The position numbers were made by a program, and so were the translations under genes. Shown here one piece after another: positions 50,491 to 60,137 of a stretch of 64,000 nt of DNA. How positions within the stretch are numbered: position 1 is the first letter of the stretch; every line of letters begins with the position of its first letter. The stretch covers positions 1,632,001-1,696,000 of the forward strand of contig OY762428.1 of the NCBI GenBank assembly GCA_963665665.1, read 5' to 3'. The DNA is from Candidatus Kapaibacterium sp. Its GTDB lineage: Bacteria > Bacteroidota > Ignavibacteria > Kapaibacteriales > UBA2268. The notes under the pieces were generated by a model that had not been told where the DNA came from, ran no database searches, and worked only from the letters and a program-made list of their open reading frames with translations.

Positions 50491-50522
50491 CAAATATAAG
50501 GGTATAAAAAAAATTATCCAAA
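50491..50522 (-). promoter_or_regulatory. Bacteroidota-type housekeeping promoter for tRNA-Gln/prs
   Basis: Minus strand TTTG-N20-TATATTTG. Confidence 0.55.
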
Positions 50523-50736
50523 AACTTTTTTTAATAATTTTTCAATTACTTAGCTCATTTGTTGCTGCTCGTGGGTTTTACAATATAAAAAAAGCATCCG
50601 ATAAGATTCGCAGATTTGCCTGAAGCAAGGCGTGCCGGGGCAATATTGTTAAGTATTTCTGACTTACAGAAAAGCATCTGTTTTAATTAGCGGGATATTA
50701 AAATATATTGAAATTAAAAGCTTTGTAAATTTTCCG

Positions 50737-51387
50737 CTACCATTCCGGCTGGGTTATGTATTTATCCAGGCCGCCATCGGATTTTTTTCCGCCGGCTATG
50801 TGTGGTAATGTCAGTTTCTCAATATACTTCCCGATAATATCAAATTCAAGGTTTACTTCATCGCCGGCTTTAAGTTTTCTGAGAATAGTCACGTCCCAGG
50901 TATGAGGAATGATTGTTACCATAAATTTTGGGCCGTCAACCCTTGCAGTAGTCAGGCTTACTCCGTTTATTGTAACAGATCCTGAATTAACAACATACTT
51001 TTCGAACTGAGAAGGGAAGCTTATCCAAACAAGCCGGTCGGTAGCAGTTGCCCCCACCGAAATCACTCTGCCCGGTGTATCAACATGCCCCTGAACAATG
51101 TGGCCGCCCAGTCTGTCGCCAAGCTTTGCCGCCCTTTCCAGGTTTACTTCGTCTCCGGTTCTCATCAATGCAAACGTAGATTTCCGAATTGTTTCCTCTA
51201 CTGCGTCAACGTCAAATGTTGAATCACTAAAAGAGACAACTGTCTGGCAAACGCCGTTAATAGCCACCGAATCGTCAATTTTCAAATCGTCCATTATCTT
51301 TTTTGCTTTCACCCTGATTCTTTTTCCGCCACCCATGGGCGTGATCGATTCGATTTTGCCAACTTCTTCTATCAATCCTGTAAACAT
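50737..51387 (-). CDS. ribE: Riboflavin synthase (alpha chain)
   Basis: MFTGLIEE, SVAINGVCQTV, VNLERA, GGHIVQGHVD, GVSLT and VNLEFD motifs. Confidence 0.96.
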   Translation of the reverse strand: MFTGLIEEVGKIESITPMGGGKRIRVKAKKIMDDLKIDDSVAINGVCQTVVSFSDSTFDVDAVEETIRKSTFALMRTGDEVNLERAAKLGDRLGGHIVQGHVDTPGRVISVGATATDRLVWISFPSQFEKYVVNSGSVTINGVSLTTARVDGPKFMVTIIPHTWDVTILRKLKAGDEVNLEFDIIGKYIEKLTLPHIAGGKKSDGGLDKYITQPEW

Positions 51388-51663
51388 AATTTCCCTCCGG
51401 ATTTATTTCAATTATACCAAATATACAGGTTTTTCTTCAGAATCCGATCAGATTTAAAACTTTATGTTCAGAAATAAAATATGGGTGCAGCAAGCAGTTA
51501 TTATATTTTTCTGATCACAATAATTCTGATAGTGACGCTTACTATTCTTATCTTGTCTAAAAACAATGCAATTATAATTTCAACTAACTCAACACAATAG
51601 TTATTATCAAAATTATTCTTTAATAATTATTTTATGTATTTTCGCAGGAAGATAATTTCGAGG

Positions 51664-52788
51664 ATGATTTTGAAACGTATAATATTTATTGATTTAATAA
51701 GGACATTTGCCATTCTGTCGATGGTGCAGGGGCATTTGATATCTGGTGTGCTGGCAGAGAAATTTACCCAATCGGGTTCCGCCCTTTACAGCTACTGGAA
51801 TTTTAACCGGGGTTTAACTGCACCGGTATTTTTCTTTGTTTCGGGATGCATTTTCACTTACCTTCTGTTTAAAAAAAATGAAAACAGCTTCCTGGAAAAC
51901 CCGAGAGTAAAAAAGGGAATTAAAAGGGCCCTGGTACTGATCGGAACCGGCTATCTGCTCCAGTTCAACATGGATATAATATGGGCTCTCCCGAATATAA
52001 ACATTATGGATTTTACCCACATGTTTCTTTCCCATGTGCTGCATTGCATAGGGTTTGGCCTGCTGGCTATTATTGGTGCGTATTTCCTGCATAAAAAGAT
52101 GAAAATGCCATATCCTTTGTTATCAGTAATAGCAGCCCTCGGAATTTTCCTGATAACTCCAACGGTTAATTCCATCAACTGGCTTGAGATATTTCCACTA
52201 CCGGTAGCAACTTACTTCAACAAGGATTATAATTCAATATTCCCGCTATTTCCCTGGGTTGGATTCGTTTTCTGGGGAAGTGCTCTTGGGTGGGTTATTC
52301 ACAAACGGCCGGGATTTGTTGATAGTTATTTCTTTCCGCTGATCCTTGTAATCCTTGGCATAATATTGAAACTATCCAGAACGGATTTGTTGGAATTGGC
52401 TTATGAATACACCGGTTGGGAGAATTTTAAAGAAATTTTCATGTACGATTATACTTTCTACCACCTGCCGCATGTACTTATTGTTTTTGGGATTTTTGCT
52501 TTAATTCCAATGATATTCAGAAAAATCCCCAAAGGTATGCTGGAAATAGGCCAGAATACGCTGCTTGTGTATGTACTTCATGTGCTTTTACTATATGGCT
52601 GCACATTTTACTCCGGGCTGGTTCCTGCTTTCAAGCACAGTCTTGATCCCATTCAGAGTATTCTGATGGCTCTTATTAGTGAAATTTTGCTGATAGTGCT
52701 TGTTCTAAAAAGACAATTCTTCATCGACCTGTACTTCAAATACAAACCAATATTTTTGAACAAGCTTGCAAGGATTAAAACGAAATAA
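51664..52788 (+). CDS. DUF1624 / heparan-alpha-glucosaminide N-acetyltransferase-like membrane acyltransferase
   Basis: R...ID..R..AI..M.QGH, APVFFFVSG, FPLFPW and GQNTLLVYVLH motifs. Confidence 0.75.
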   Translation: MILKRIIFIDLIRTFAILSMVQGHLISGVLAEKFTQSGSALYSYWNFNRGLTAPVFFFVSGCIFTYLLFKKNENSFLENPRVKKGIKRALVLIGTGYLLQFNMDIIWALPNINIMDFTHMFLSHVLHCIGFGLLAIIGAYFLHKKMKMPYPLLSVIAALGIFLITPTVNSINWLEIFPLPVATYFNKDYNSIFPLFPWVGFVFWGSALGWVIHKRPGFVDSYFFPLILVILGIILKLSRTDLLELAYEYTGWENFKEIFMYDYTFYHLPHVLIVFGIFALIPMIFRKIPKGMLEIGQNTLLVYVLHVLLLYGCTFYSGLVPAFKHSLDPIQSILMALISEILLIVLVLKRQFFIDLYFKYKPIFLNKLARIKTK

Positions 52789-52842
52789 ATTTTTCAGATT
52801 TAATACTATCCGGCCATCCGGGAAAGCGGTTAGACATTTCAA

Positions 52843-53616
52843 CTATTGGCAATTATTTTCGATTATATATTTCCCTAAACCATCAATCTCAAAATCAATT
52901 TCCTCATAATTTTGTTCGAACTTATCATAACCGACCTTCAATTCCTTCCAGAAATCAATTAGTTTTTTATCAGCTGAATATCTGGAGGAGAATTGCTTCC
53001 ATTTTGCCTTGTTCATTTCAAAAGGAAAAATATATACCGGAATTTTGCTTTGGCCATTTTTGGCAGCCAGCAAACAAATCGGGTATATTTCCTTTATCAG
53101 GTCATCTGTAACTGGCAGGCAACCCAGAGTATAACATCCGCCATGTATATAGATATCTCCTCCCAGATCAGGAGCATACCCGCGAATGCTGTCAGACTTA
53201 TTAGGGTAATTAATTCCAAGCGACAAATAGAAACGGCTTTGCGGATTAAACACTTTGATATAATAAAAACCTTCGGGCACCTGTTTATCACCTGATCTTC
53301 TTTTAGGACCGGGAATGCCGCTGGACTTACATATTTTATACTTGCTCAGCAATTCATACTTCGTGCTGTCCCTGTGCCGGACATATAGCAGAATATCCCT
53401 GCTTTCCTTAATTGCGACTAACAAAGTATGGTAATTATTTTCATTGAGATTCTTTTTTTTCAGCATTTTTAAAATTTTTGACTTCTTTTCTTTAAATGCT
53501 TCTTTTACCCTGTCTTCATCCAGTTGGCCACTGAAAAAATCCTCCGAACCAAATACCAACATCCCAAAAACAAAAGATATTATTACTGACAAAACTCCGA
53601 TAAATCCTCTACTCAT
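52843..53616 (-). CDS. L,D-transpeptidase family protein (YafK/DpaA-like)
   Basis: SG.PGPKRRSGDKQVPEGFY, SLGINYPN, GGDIYIHGGCYTLGC and FWKELK.GY motifs. Confidence 0.9.
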   Translation of the reverse strand: MSRGFIGVLSVIISFVFGMLVFGSEDFFSGQLDEDRVKEAFKEKKSKILKMLKKKNLNENNYHTLLVAIKESRDILLYVRHRDSTKYELLSKYKICKSSGIPGPKRRSGDKQVPEGFYYIKVFNPQSRFYLSLGINYPNKSDSIRGYAPDLGGDIYIHGGCYTLGCLPVTDDLIKEIYPICLLAAKNGQSKIPVYIFPFEMNKAKWKQFSSRYSADKKLIDFWKELKVGYDKFEQNYEEIDFEIDGLGKYIIENNCQ

Positions 53617-53841
53617 TTTTTACCTTTACGTTTAGCTTATTATTTTAATAATGATAATTTCTATGAATATAACAAAAATAATCAAATTATCCGATGATTT
53701 TGCAGTTATATGTTAAAGCCAATTTTCCCTGGCGGGAATATCACTTTAATCTCAGATTCCCTTAAATAATAACTGACTCATTGAATCAATTAATTATTCA
53801 TACTTGAAAAAATCATTTCTCCACTTTTTTTATTTACAAAC

Positions 53842-53868
53842 TAAATTATTTTCGTTATTATACGATAA
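53842..53868 (+). promoter_or_regulatory. Candidate sigma-28 (FliA) promoter
   Basis: TAAA-N15-TACGATAA versus consensus TAAA-N15-GCCGATAA, 90 nt upstream of fliJ. Confidence 0.5.
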
Positions 53869-53958
53869 TAATAATTAGCAGGCGTTGCAATCGTCTTTGT
53901 TATTATGTGTGATTTATCGCGGACTGACTATAGTTATTAATATACCGGGTAGAAATAA

Positions 53959-54396
53959 ATGAAAAAATTCTCTTTCAGGCTTGATCCTGTTCTCAGGCTT
54001 CGCGAGCATAAAGTTCGCGAGGAGAAGGAAGCATTCGGGCAGGCTGTAAGTTCCAGGCTTAGCAAGGAAGAACAAATCAGGCTTAAGAAAGAATACCAGG
54101 GAAAGATCCTGAAAATGAAAGCAATATCCGGAAAGGCAGAAAATATTCAGGCTATTTACCATCATAGTATTTTTATTAAAGATGAGATTAAGATGCTGGA
54201 GCACGAAAGAAGTCAGCTAATAGAAATTGAATCTGCCAGGAGGATTAAACTGACCGAGGCCATGAAAAACGAGAAGATAATTACCAAGCTTAAAGAAAAA
54301 AAGAAAGATGACTATAATATTGAAAACAACCGCGAGGAAACCTCGAATTTAGATGAAATTGCAAGGAATAGCAGAAATGATGAATTTAAACTGTAA
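53959..54396 (+). CDS. fliJ: Flagellar export protein FliJ
   Basis: MKKFSFRLDPVLRLRE...KLKEK...LDE pattern; 145-aa coiled coil. Confidence 0.88.
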   Translation: MKKFSFRLDPVLRLREHKVREEKEAFGQAVSSRLSKEEQIRLKKEYQGKILKMKAISGKAENIQAIYHHSIFIKDEIKMLEHERSQLIEIESARRIKLTEAMKNEKIITKLKEKKKDDYNIENNREETSNLDEIARNSRNDEFKL

Positions 54397-54402
54397 CAGC
54401 AA

Positions 54403-55089
54403 ATGAGTGCCAAGACATTAATAATAATTGTTGCCGTGCTGGCAATTCTGATGACAGCAATCACCGTCGGTATTGTAGGGGTATATAAATATGACAGGAC
54501 TCTGCTCGGGTTACCCCCCGCCCCGCCTGATTCAACAGTACAGGACACAACACAGATATGGTTCAATATATCCGAAAAAAGATATAATTACCTGGAGAAA
54601 AGCCTTAAACAGAAAAATCAATACAAAAAGCAAAAAGACTCTCTTGAAAAATTAAAAAAAAATCTCCTGGATTCGATTAAAGCAGTTCAGGCAAGTCTGG
54701 GAATGTTCAATGATTCGATTAAAACCGTTGAAAAATCCAAGAACCTTACTTTGAAGGAAAAATCAAAGCTCAATGATTCCCTGAAAAAATTGAACCAGGA
54801 ATATATGCAGGCCCAACGAAAGATCGAGCTGGAAAAAGAACTTCAGAAAAATCTTGAAAAAGAACTAACCCAGAAACAAGATTCTTCTAAAACAAAAAAC
54901 TTCGAAACATTTGCGAAAATTTATAATAATTCCAGTGCCGCGGAAGTTGCCCGTATCCTGGAACAGATAGACGAGCAGGACGCCGCAAAAATTCTCAAAC
55001 TTATGAAGCAGAAAAAAGCTGGCAAGGTTATTGAAGCTATGCAACCTGAACAAGCCGCTGCAATTTTATTACTTGGCGGCTACGAGTAA
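54403..55089 (+). CDS. MotE/FlbB-like flagellar protein (MgtE N-terminal domain)
   Basis: N-terminal TM and coiled coil; AKIY....AA.VARIL..AAKILKLMK.KKAGKVIEAM.PEQAA; between fliJ and fliK. Confidence 0.8.
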   Translation: MSAKTLIIIVAVLAILMTAITVGIVGVYKYDRTLLGLPPAPPDSTVQDTTQIWFNISEKRYNYLEKSLKQKNQYKKQKDSLEKLKKNLLDSIKAVQASLGMFNDSIKTVEKSKNLTLKEKSKLNDSLKKLNQEYMQAQRKIELEKELQKNLEKELTQKQDSSKTKNFETFAKIYNNSSAAEVARILEQIDEQDAAKILKLMKQKKAGKVIEAMQPEQAAAILLLGGYE

Positions 55090-55135
55090 AAAAGGACAGG
55101 AAGTCCGTTTACAACCACAGTGCAGGGAAGCGCTA

Positions 55136-57388
55136 ATGACAATGCAGGCTAATAACGTTCTTGCCAATTCGGCAGGTAAGGGACTATCGTTGAATAAACC
55201 CCGGGGAAACAATTCCGGGAAAGGATTGTTCAGCAATATTCTTCTGGCAAGTCTCGGCAATAGTTCAACTACCCTTAATTCTACAAAAAACAATATGTTT
55301 AATATCAGCTCCAAGGGGCTGAAAAAAGGGGAAATACGCCTGCAGTTGAAAAGCACAAAGCCTGCTGATCCTGATATTACAGATGCTGAAAATGCCACTG
55401 TACTAAATGGAAGCTCCGGGATAGCTCTCTTCACAAAGCAAAAATATTCTGAAGTTAAAAAGAGTATTCCGGTATCATCGATGGCTGCTATTATTAACCA
55501 TACAAAGCATTCTGCACAAAATCATACACTGAAAATTAAAAATAAAACAACCGAAAACAGTGATAATAATGGTGTGGGAAAAAATTCTTCAACAAAATCT
55601 GATGTCAAAATAAAATTGACCAAACCATCACTTGGATCGAACCTGAATAAAAATGCTCAAAGCAGCGATGCAAATATTAACAAAACAAGTAACAAAGCAA
55701 GTATTTCGGCCAAATCAGATAGTGATCTTAATATTAAAGAAACAGTAGATAATAAATCATCTGCTGCAATAGCATCATTGAAGCAATCAGTGATCGGTTC
55801 AACAAATACCAGCAGTAGCAGCGCCGGAGAAAAAAGCACAAGTATCGCAGCCACAACGGTAAATAACAGATCCATAACAATTAACAGATCTATAGGTAAA
55901 AGCGATACCCTTAGCGGTAATATTATCAGTAATTCCACAGCAGAGAAAAGCCTCCAGGCTCGTCCTGATAAAATCAACCCCTTAGTTTCAAATAACGGAA
56001 ATTTAACTAAATCAGATAATTCGGCTGTCAATACCAAATCATCAGGCATAAGTTCACTAAGCAATTTGCAAAAAAGTACTGAAGCACTAAAAAACAATAA
56101 ATCAGTTCAGAAAAATGTTAGCGAAAATACTGAAACAAAACTGAATAAACCTGCCGATATTATTAATGATAATATCTCAAAGATTACTTTAAACAAAAAG
56201 CAGGATCGGAAATATAATCAAAACAGTGTTAATGATGCAGCTAATAGTAAAAACGGCATATCCCGGAATAATAATATCAATGATAATATCTCAAAGATTA
56301 CTTTAAACAAAAAGCAGGATCGGAAATATAATCAAAACAGTGTTAATGATGCCGCTAATAGTAAAAACGGCATATCCCGGAATAATAATATCAATGGAAA
56401 TATCTCAAAGATTACTTTAGACAAAAAGCAGGATCGGAAATACAATCAAAACAGTGTTATTGATGCAGCTAATAGTAAAAACGAAAAAAACAATCCCGCT
56501 TCTTCAGCAATTAATGATACCAATGTAGAGAAGAAAGATAATTCTGCAACAGTTTTAAACAAAAATATTGCTGATACTGCTCAATCCTTAAAAAATAATA
56601 GAAATACAGCAGTTAAAGATTCAATTGTTCAGACAACCGTTAGTATTGCACCGGTTGTTCAGCAAACAGATACAAAGTCCGTTAAGAAAAGTGCGTATAT
56701 CTCAGGCTCACAGGATTATCAGGCTGTTGAAGGCAGTAAAGATAATATTTCAGCTACGCAAGTTAGTACGAAAACAGATTCCGGCAATGAAAAGAAAAAC
56801 CAGGATTCTGCAAATGAAAAATTGGGCGCTAATATAATCGAAAATATCAGCAGCAGGAATCTGGCGAATAAAGTTGCTTCTGCATATAATGCTGCAGCAA
56901 ATATTAGTTCGGGAACAGATTCATCAGCTTCAGTGCAGGGCAATAACACCACAACAAGAACAATTTTGCCAAATGAAATTACATCCAGAACACTTACAAT
57001 GGCAAAAAATCTGAACGGCGACGGCACTACAAGCGCCAAGCTTCAGTTGCAACCGGCAACTCTCGGCTCTATAAATATTGATATAAGTATTGTAAATTCA
57101 ACTGTAAAGCTTGTTTTCAAAGCAGATACCCGCGAAACAATGCAGATGATAGAAAACCAGGCAGCAGGGCTAAAAGAAAGCTTTGCCAAGCTTGGCCTTA
57201 AAATGGAATCGTTCGATGTAAAATACGAGAGTAAAGACAATTACTCAGAAAATAATTCAAATAATCAGTTTAACAGGAACAGTAACTCCAACGGCAGGCA
57301 GCAGAGTACAAAGCAGGAATACCTGAATACTCTGAAAGCAATGTCAGAACAGAATCTTACTGATTCCATAAATAACTATTTACAATAA
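55136..57388 (+). CDS. fliK: Flagellar hook-length control protein FliK (~750 aa)
   Basis: Long low-complexity N/S/K region; C-terminal AKLQLQPATLGSINIDI...LKESFAKLGL; directly upstream of flgD. Confidence 0.85.
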   Translation: MTMQANNVLANSAGKGLSLNKPRGNNSGKGLFSNILLASLGNSSTTLNSTKNNMFNISSKGLKKGEIRLQLKSTKPADPDITDAENATVLNGSSGIALFTKQKYSEVKKSIPVSSMAAIINHTKHSAQNHTLKIKNKTTENSDNNGVGKNSSTKSDVKIKLTKPSLGSNLNKNAQSSDANINKTSNKASISAKSDSDLNIKETVDNKSSAAIASLKQSVIGSTNTSSSSAGEKSTSIAATTVNNRSITINRSIGKSDTLSGNIISNSTAEKSLQARPDKINPLVSNNGNLTKSDNSAVNTKSSGISSLSNLQKSTEALKNNKSVQKNVSENTETKLNKPADIINDNISKITLNKKQDRKYNQNSVNDAANSKNGISRNNNINDNISKITLNKKQDRKYNQNSVNDAANSKNGISRNNNINGNISKITLDKKQDRKYNQNSVIDAANSKNEKNNPASSAINDTNVEKKDNSATVLNKNIADTAQSLKNNRNTAVKDSIVQTTVSIAPVVQQTDTKSVKKSAYISGSQDYQAVEGSKDNISATQVSTKTDSGNEKKNQDSANEKLGANIIENISSRNLANKVASAYNAAANISSGTDSSASVQGNNTTTRTILPNEITSRTLTMAKNLNGDGTTSAKLQLQPATLGSINIDISIVNSTVKLVFKADTRETMQMIENQAAGLKESFAKLGLKMESFDVKYESKDNYSENNSNNQFNRNSNSNGRQQSTKQEYLNTLKAMSEQNLTDSINNYLQ
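56165..56483 (+). repeat. 114-bp (38-aa) in-frame tandem repeat, ~2.8 copies, within fliK
   Basis: Units at 56165, 56279 and 56393, nearly identical. Confidence 0.95.
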
Positions 57389-57408
57389 ATCCACGGGGGG
57401 ATTTTATA

Positions 57409-58089
57409 ATGGCAACAGAAGGAATAAGTTCCATGTCCGAAAGTACACAAAGCTACACAAGTGCCAGCTCGGCATCGAGCGTAAGCAAAGAAGAATTTCT
57501 CAGGCTTCTGACATACCAGTTGAAAAGTCAGAATCCGCTTAGTCCGTATGACAACCAGGAATTTGCTTCACAATTGGCACAGTTCTCTCAGCTGGAACAA
57601 CTAACGGACATGAAGTCACTCCTGGAAGAGCAGATTCAATCAAATCTGCTTCTTACCCAGACAATTTCCAATACAGCACTGCCGGGATTACTCGGAAAGA
57701 CGGCGAAATCACTAACCGGCAGCTTTAGCTATAATGGAGATAACCAGATGAACATAGGATATTCCCTGCCATTCGCAGGCAAATCAGGTAATATAACTAT
57801 AACTGATTCAGCAGGCGCAGTTGTTCGGAATATTGAACTTAACGGTTCTGAACTGAGCAGCGGTTATCACGCCTACGAATGGGACGGGCTTGATAATAAC
57901 GGGAACAGTGTTGCTGCCGGAACTTATAATATCGAGTGTAATATTACCGATTCGAATGGATCCACGGTAAATGCCGATACTTATATGACCGGAAAAATTG
58001 AAAGCGTAAAATTCAAATCAGAAGGCACGGTTCTTGTTGTAGACGGGCAGGAAGTGGCGCTGTCTGATATTGAAGATATTTCCACTTAA
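57409..58089 (+). CDS. flgD: Flagellar hook capping protein FlgD
   Basis: EFLRLLTYQLKSQNPLSP.DNQEFASQLAQFSQLEQ; WDG.DNNG..V.AGTY Ig domain. Confidence 0.93.
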   Translation: MATEGISSMSESTQSYTSASSASSVSKEEFLRLLTYQLKSQNPLSPYDNQEFASQLAQFSQLEQLTDMKSLLEEQIQSNLLLTQTISNTALPGLLGKTAKSLTGSFSYNGDNQMNIGYSLPFAGKSGNITITDSAGAVVRNIELNGSELSSGYHAYEWDGLDNNGNSVAAGTYNIECNITDSNGSTVNADTYMTGKIESVKFKSEGTVLVVDGQEVALSDIEDIST

Positions 58090-58122
58090 TAAACTATTGT
58101 TTAACTAAATACAGGAGTAAAC

Positions 58123-58509
58123 GTGCCTGAGATAAATGGTGTATCCGTACCTTTCCTGCCAGCCGGCGGGGTTGACGGACTTAGCAGGAAGCCAAGCCAG
58201 ACCCTGAAAGGAACAGGAAGCGTACCATTTGAAGATGTCTTCCGGGAGGAACTTGGCAAAGTTAAGTTCTCCGGGCATGCTAAAACACGCATGACAGGAC
58301 GGGACATTGCTCTCAGCGATACCGAAATGACAAGGCTTGAAAGCGCAGTTGATAAAGCCACGGAAAAGGGCGCGAAGGAATCGCTTGTTCTTTATCCCGA
58401 TAAAGCTTTTATCGTAAGCGTTCCGAACAGGACTGTTATTACCGCAATGGACAGGCAGCAGCTGGACAACGGGGTGATAACGAATATCGACTCTGCCGTT
58501 ATGGCATGA
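58123..58509 (+). CDS. Flagellar operon protein (TIGR02530-like)
   Basis: VKFSGHAKTRM..R.I, KGAKESLVL, AFIVSVPNRTVITAMD and ITNIDSAV motifs; GTG start after AGGAG; between flgD and flgE. Confidence 0.88.
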   Translation: MPEINGVSVPFLPAGGVDGLSRKPSQTLKGTGSVPFEDVFREELGKVKFSGHAKTRMTGRDIALSDTEMTRLESAVDKATEKGAKESLVLYPDKAFIVSVPNRTVITAMDRQQLDNGVITNIDSAVMA

Positions 58510-58510
58510 C

Positions 58511-58566
58511 AGGGGTTGGACCCTTACGGGGGACCCCTCCGCTGCCCCGACCGACTGACGGGCGGC
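58511..58566 (+). promoter_or_regulatory. GC-rich double-hairpin candidate cis-regulatory RNA in the flgE leader
   Basis: AGGGGT/ACCCCT stem with inner CCC-ttac-GGG; GCTGCCC-cgaccgactgac-GGGCGGC; no U-tract. Confidence 0.55.
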
Positions 58567-58618
58567 AAACAAAATTTAATTCAAGGATGAACTGATATTT
58601 TAACCATGGAGGGAAAAT

Positions 58619-59941
58619 ATGGGGATCGCAAGATCACTTACCACCGGAGCGAGTTCGTTGCGTGCACATCAGCAGCGAATGGACGTAATCGCCAATAATA
58701 TTTCCAATACTAATACTGTTGGTTACAAATCCGAAAGAGCATCATTCGTAGAACAATTCAGCCAGGTATATTCCATGGGCTCATCGCCGAACTACAGGGC
58801 CGGAAACGGCAGCGGCGGCGTTAACCCGCTGCAATTCGGGCTTGGTGTTAAACTTGGGGCTGTTACCCCGGATATGAGCCAGGGCTCGCTTGAAACTACA
58901 ACAAGAAATCTTGACCTTGCCCTGCAGGGAGACGGTTTCTTTGTTTACGAAATGAATGGTAGCCAGCTTTATTCCAGGGCCGGCAATATTGTTCAGGATC
59001 AGGACGGCTTTTTTGTCGATTCTTCAACTGGTGCATACCTGCAGGGGTATAATGTTGAAACCGACGCAAGCGGAAAGATCGTTAAAGATGAAAATGATAT
59101 TAACATTCTGGACAGGCAGGTTACTGATATTCAGATAGAATCTTCTGTGATTTCAGAACCAAAGCAAACTCAGAACATAAAACTTCAGGGTAATCTGAAT
59201 GCTAACGCCGCCGAAGGCGACGAAAGGAAAACAAGTATTAATATCTTCGACAATCTTGGCGGAAGCCGTACTCTGGGACTGACTTTTACCAAAACAGCCA
59301 ATGCTAACGAATACACTATTGCCGGTTCTATCGACGGGGTGGACCTTACACTCGGCACTACAACACTTACTTTCAATGCCGACGGAACTCTGAATACTCC
59401 TACCGATCTGGCAATCGCGGCAGCAGACCTGAACGCTGCGCTCGGTTCTACTGTTTTCGACGAGAACACACCGCAGGACATTACAGTTAGCCTTTCCGAA
59501 TCCGGTAATCTTGGCGGCAGCCTGACAAATTTCTCCGGCCTTAATACCGTTACTATCTCCGAACAGGACGGATATAAAGCCGGCGACCTCGTTGACCTTT
59601 CGGTTGATAACGAAGGAAGGGTATGGGGTTCATTCACCAATGGCCAGTCCGAACTACTCGGGCAGGTAGTTATGGCAAAATTTGCCAATAACGAAGGCCT
59701 GGTGAAAGAAGGCGGAAACTTTTTCAGTGTATCGCCGAACAGCGGGCTGGTGAATATCGGCACTGCCGGGGAAATATTCCCCTCAACAAACATTATCGGG
59801 CAGGCGCTGGAACAGTCCAATGTTGACCTGACTACGGAGTTCACGGAAATGATCTCAACCCAGAGGGCTTACGAGGCAGCCTCGCGAACCGTTACCGTAA
59901 CCGATCAGATGCTTAGTATTGTAAATACACTTAAGAGGTAA
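58619..59941 (+). CDS. flgE: Flagellar hook protein FlgE
   Basis: MDVIANNISNTNTVGYK, LDLALQGDGFF, YSRAG and LEQSNVDLTTEFTEMISTQRAYEA motifs. Confidence 0.95.
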   Translation: MGIARSLTTGASSLRAHQQRMDVIANNISNTNTVGYKSERASFVEQFSQVYSMGSSPNYRAGNGSGGVNPLQFGLGVKLGAVTPDMSQGSLETTTRNLDLALQGDGFFVYEMNGSQLYSRAGNIVQDQDGFFVDSSTGAYLQGYNVETDASGKIVKDENDINILDRQVTDIQIESSVISEPKQTQNIKLQGNLNANAAEGDERKTSINIFDNLGGSRTLGLTFTKTANANEYTIAGSIDGVDLTLGTTTLTFNADGTLNTPTDLAIAAADLNAALGSTVFDENTPQDITVSLSESGNLGGSLTNFSGLNTVTISEQDGYKAGDLVDLSVDNEGRVWGSFTNGQSELLGQVVMAKFANNEGLVKEGGNFFSVSPNSGLVNIGTAGEIFPSTNIIGQALEQSNVDLTTEFTEMISTQRAYEAASRTVTVTDQMLSIVNTLKR

Positions 59942-60022
59942 TAGATATATAAGATAAAACATATTTCATCGCCGGAGAATCATTCCTGATAAACCGGCCC
60001 CAATACAATAAATAATATTCCG

Positions 60023-60052
60023 AACAGGAGCCGACGGGTTCCTGTTTTTTTT
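60023..60052 (+). terminator. Intrinsic terminator of the flagellar operon
   Basis: AACAGGAGCC-gacg-GGTTCCTGTT followed by a T-run. Confidence 0.75.
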
Positions 60053-60137
60053 GTAATATGATTTCAATATATCGCTGGTTCCGATAAATCCCCGACACGT
60101 CGGTGCCGGCGGTGGACAGATGTAACCGAAAAATTAC

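Noticed and set aside
53873-53890. Sigma-54 promoter upstream of fliJ (TTAGCAGGCGTTGCA)
   Set aside because: It lacks the GG-N10-GC spacing.
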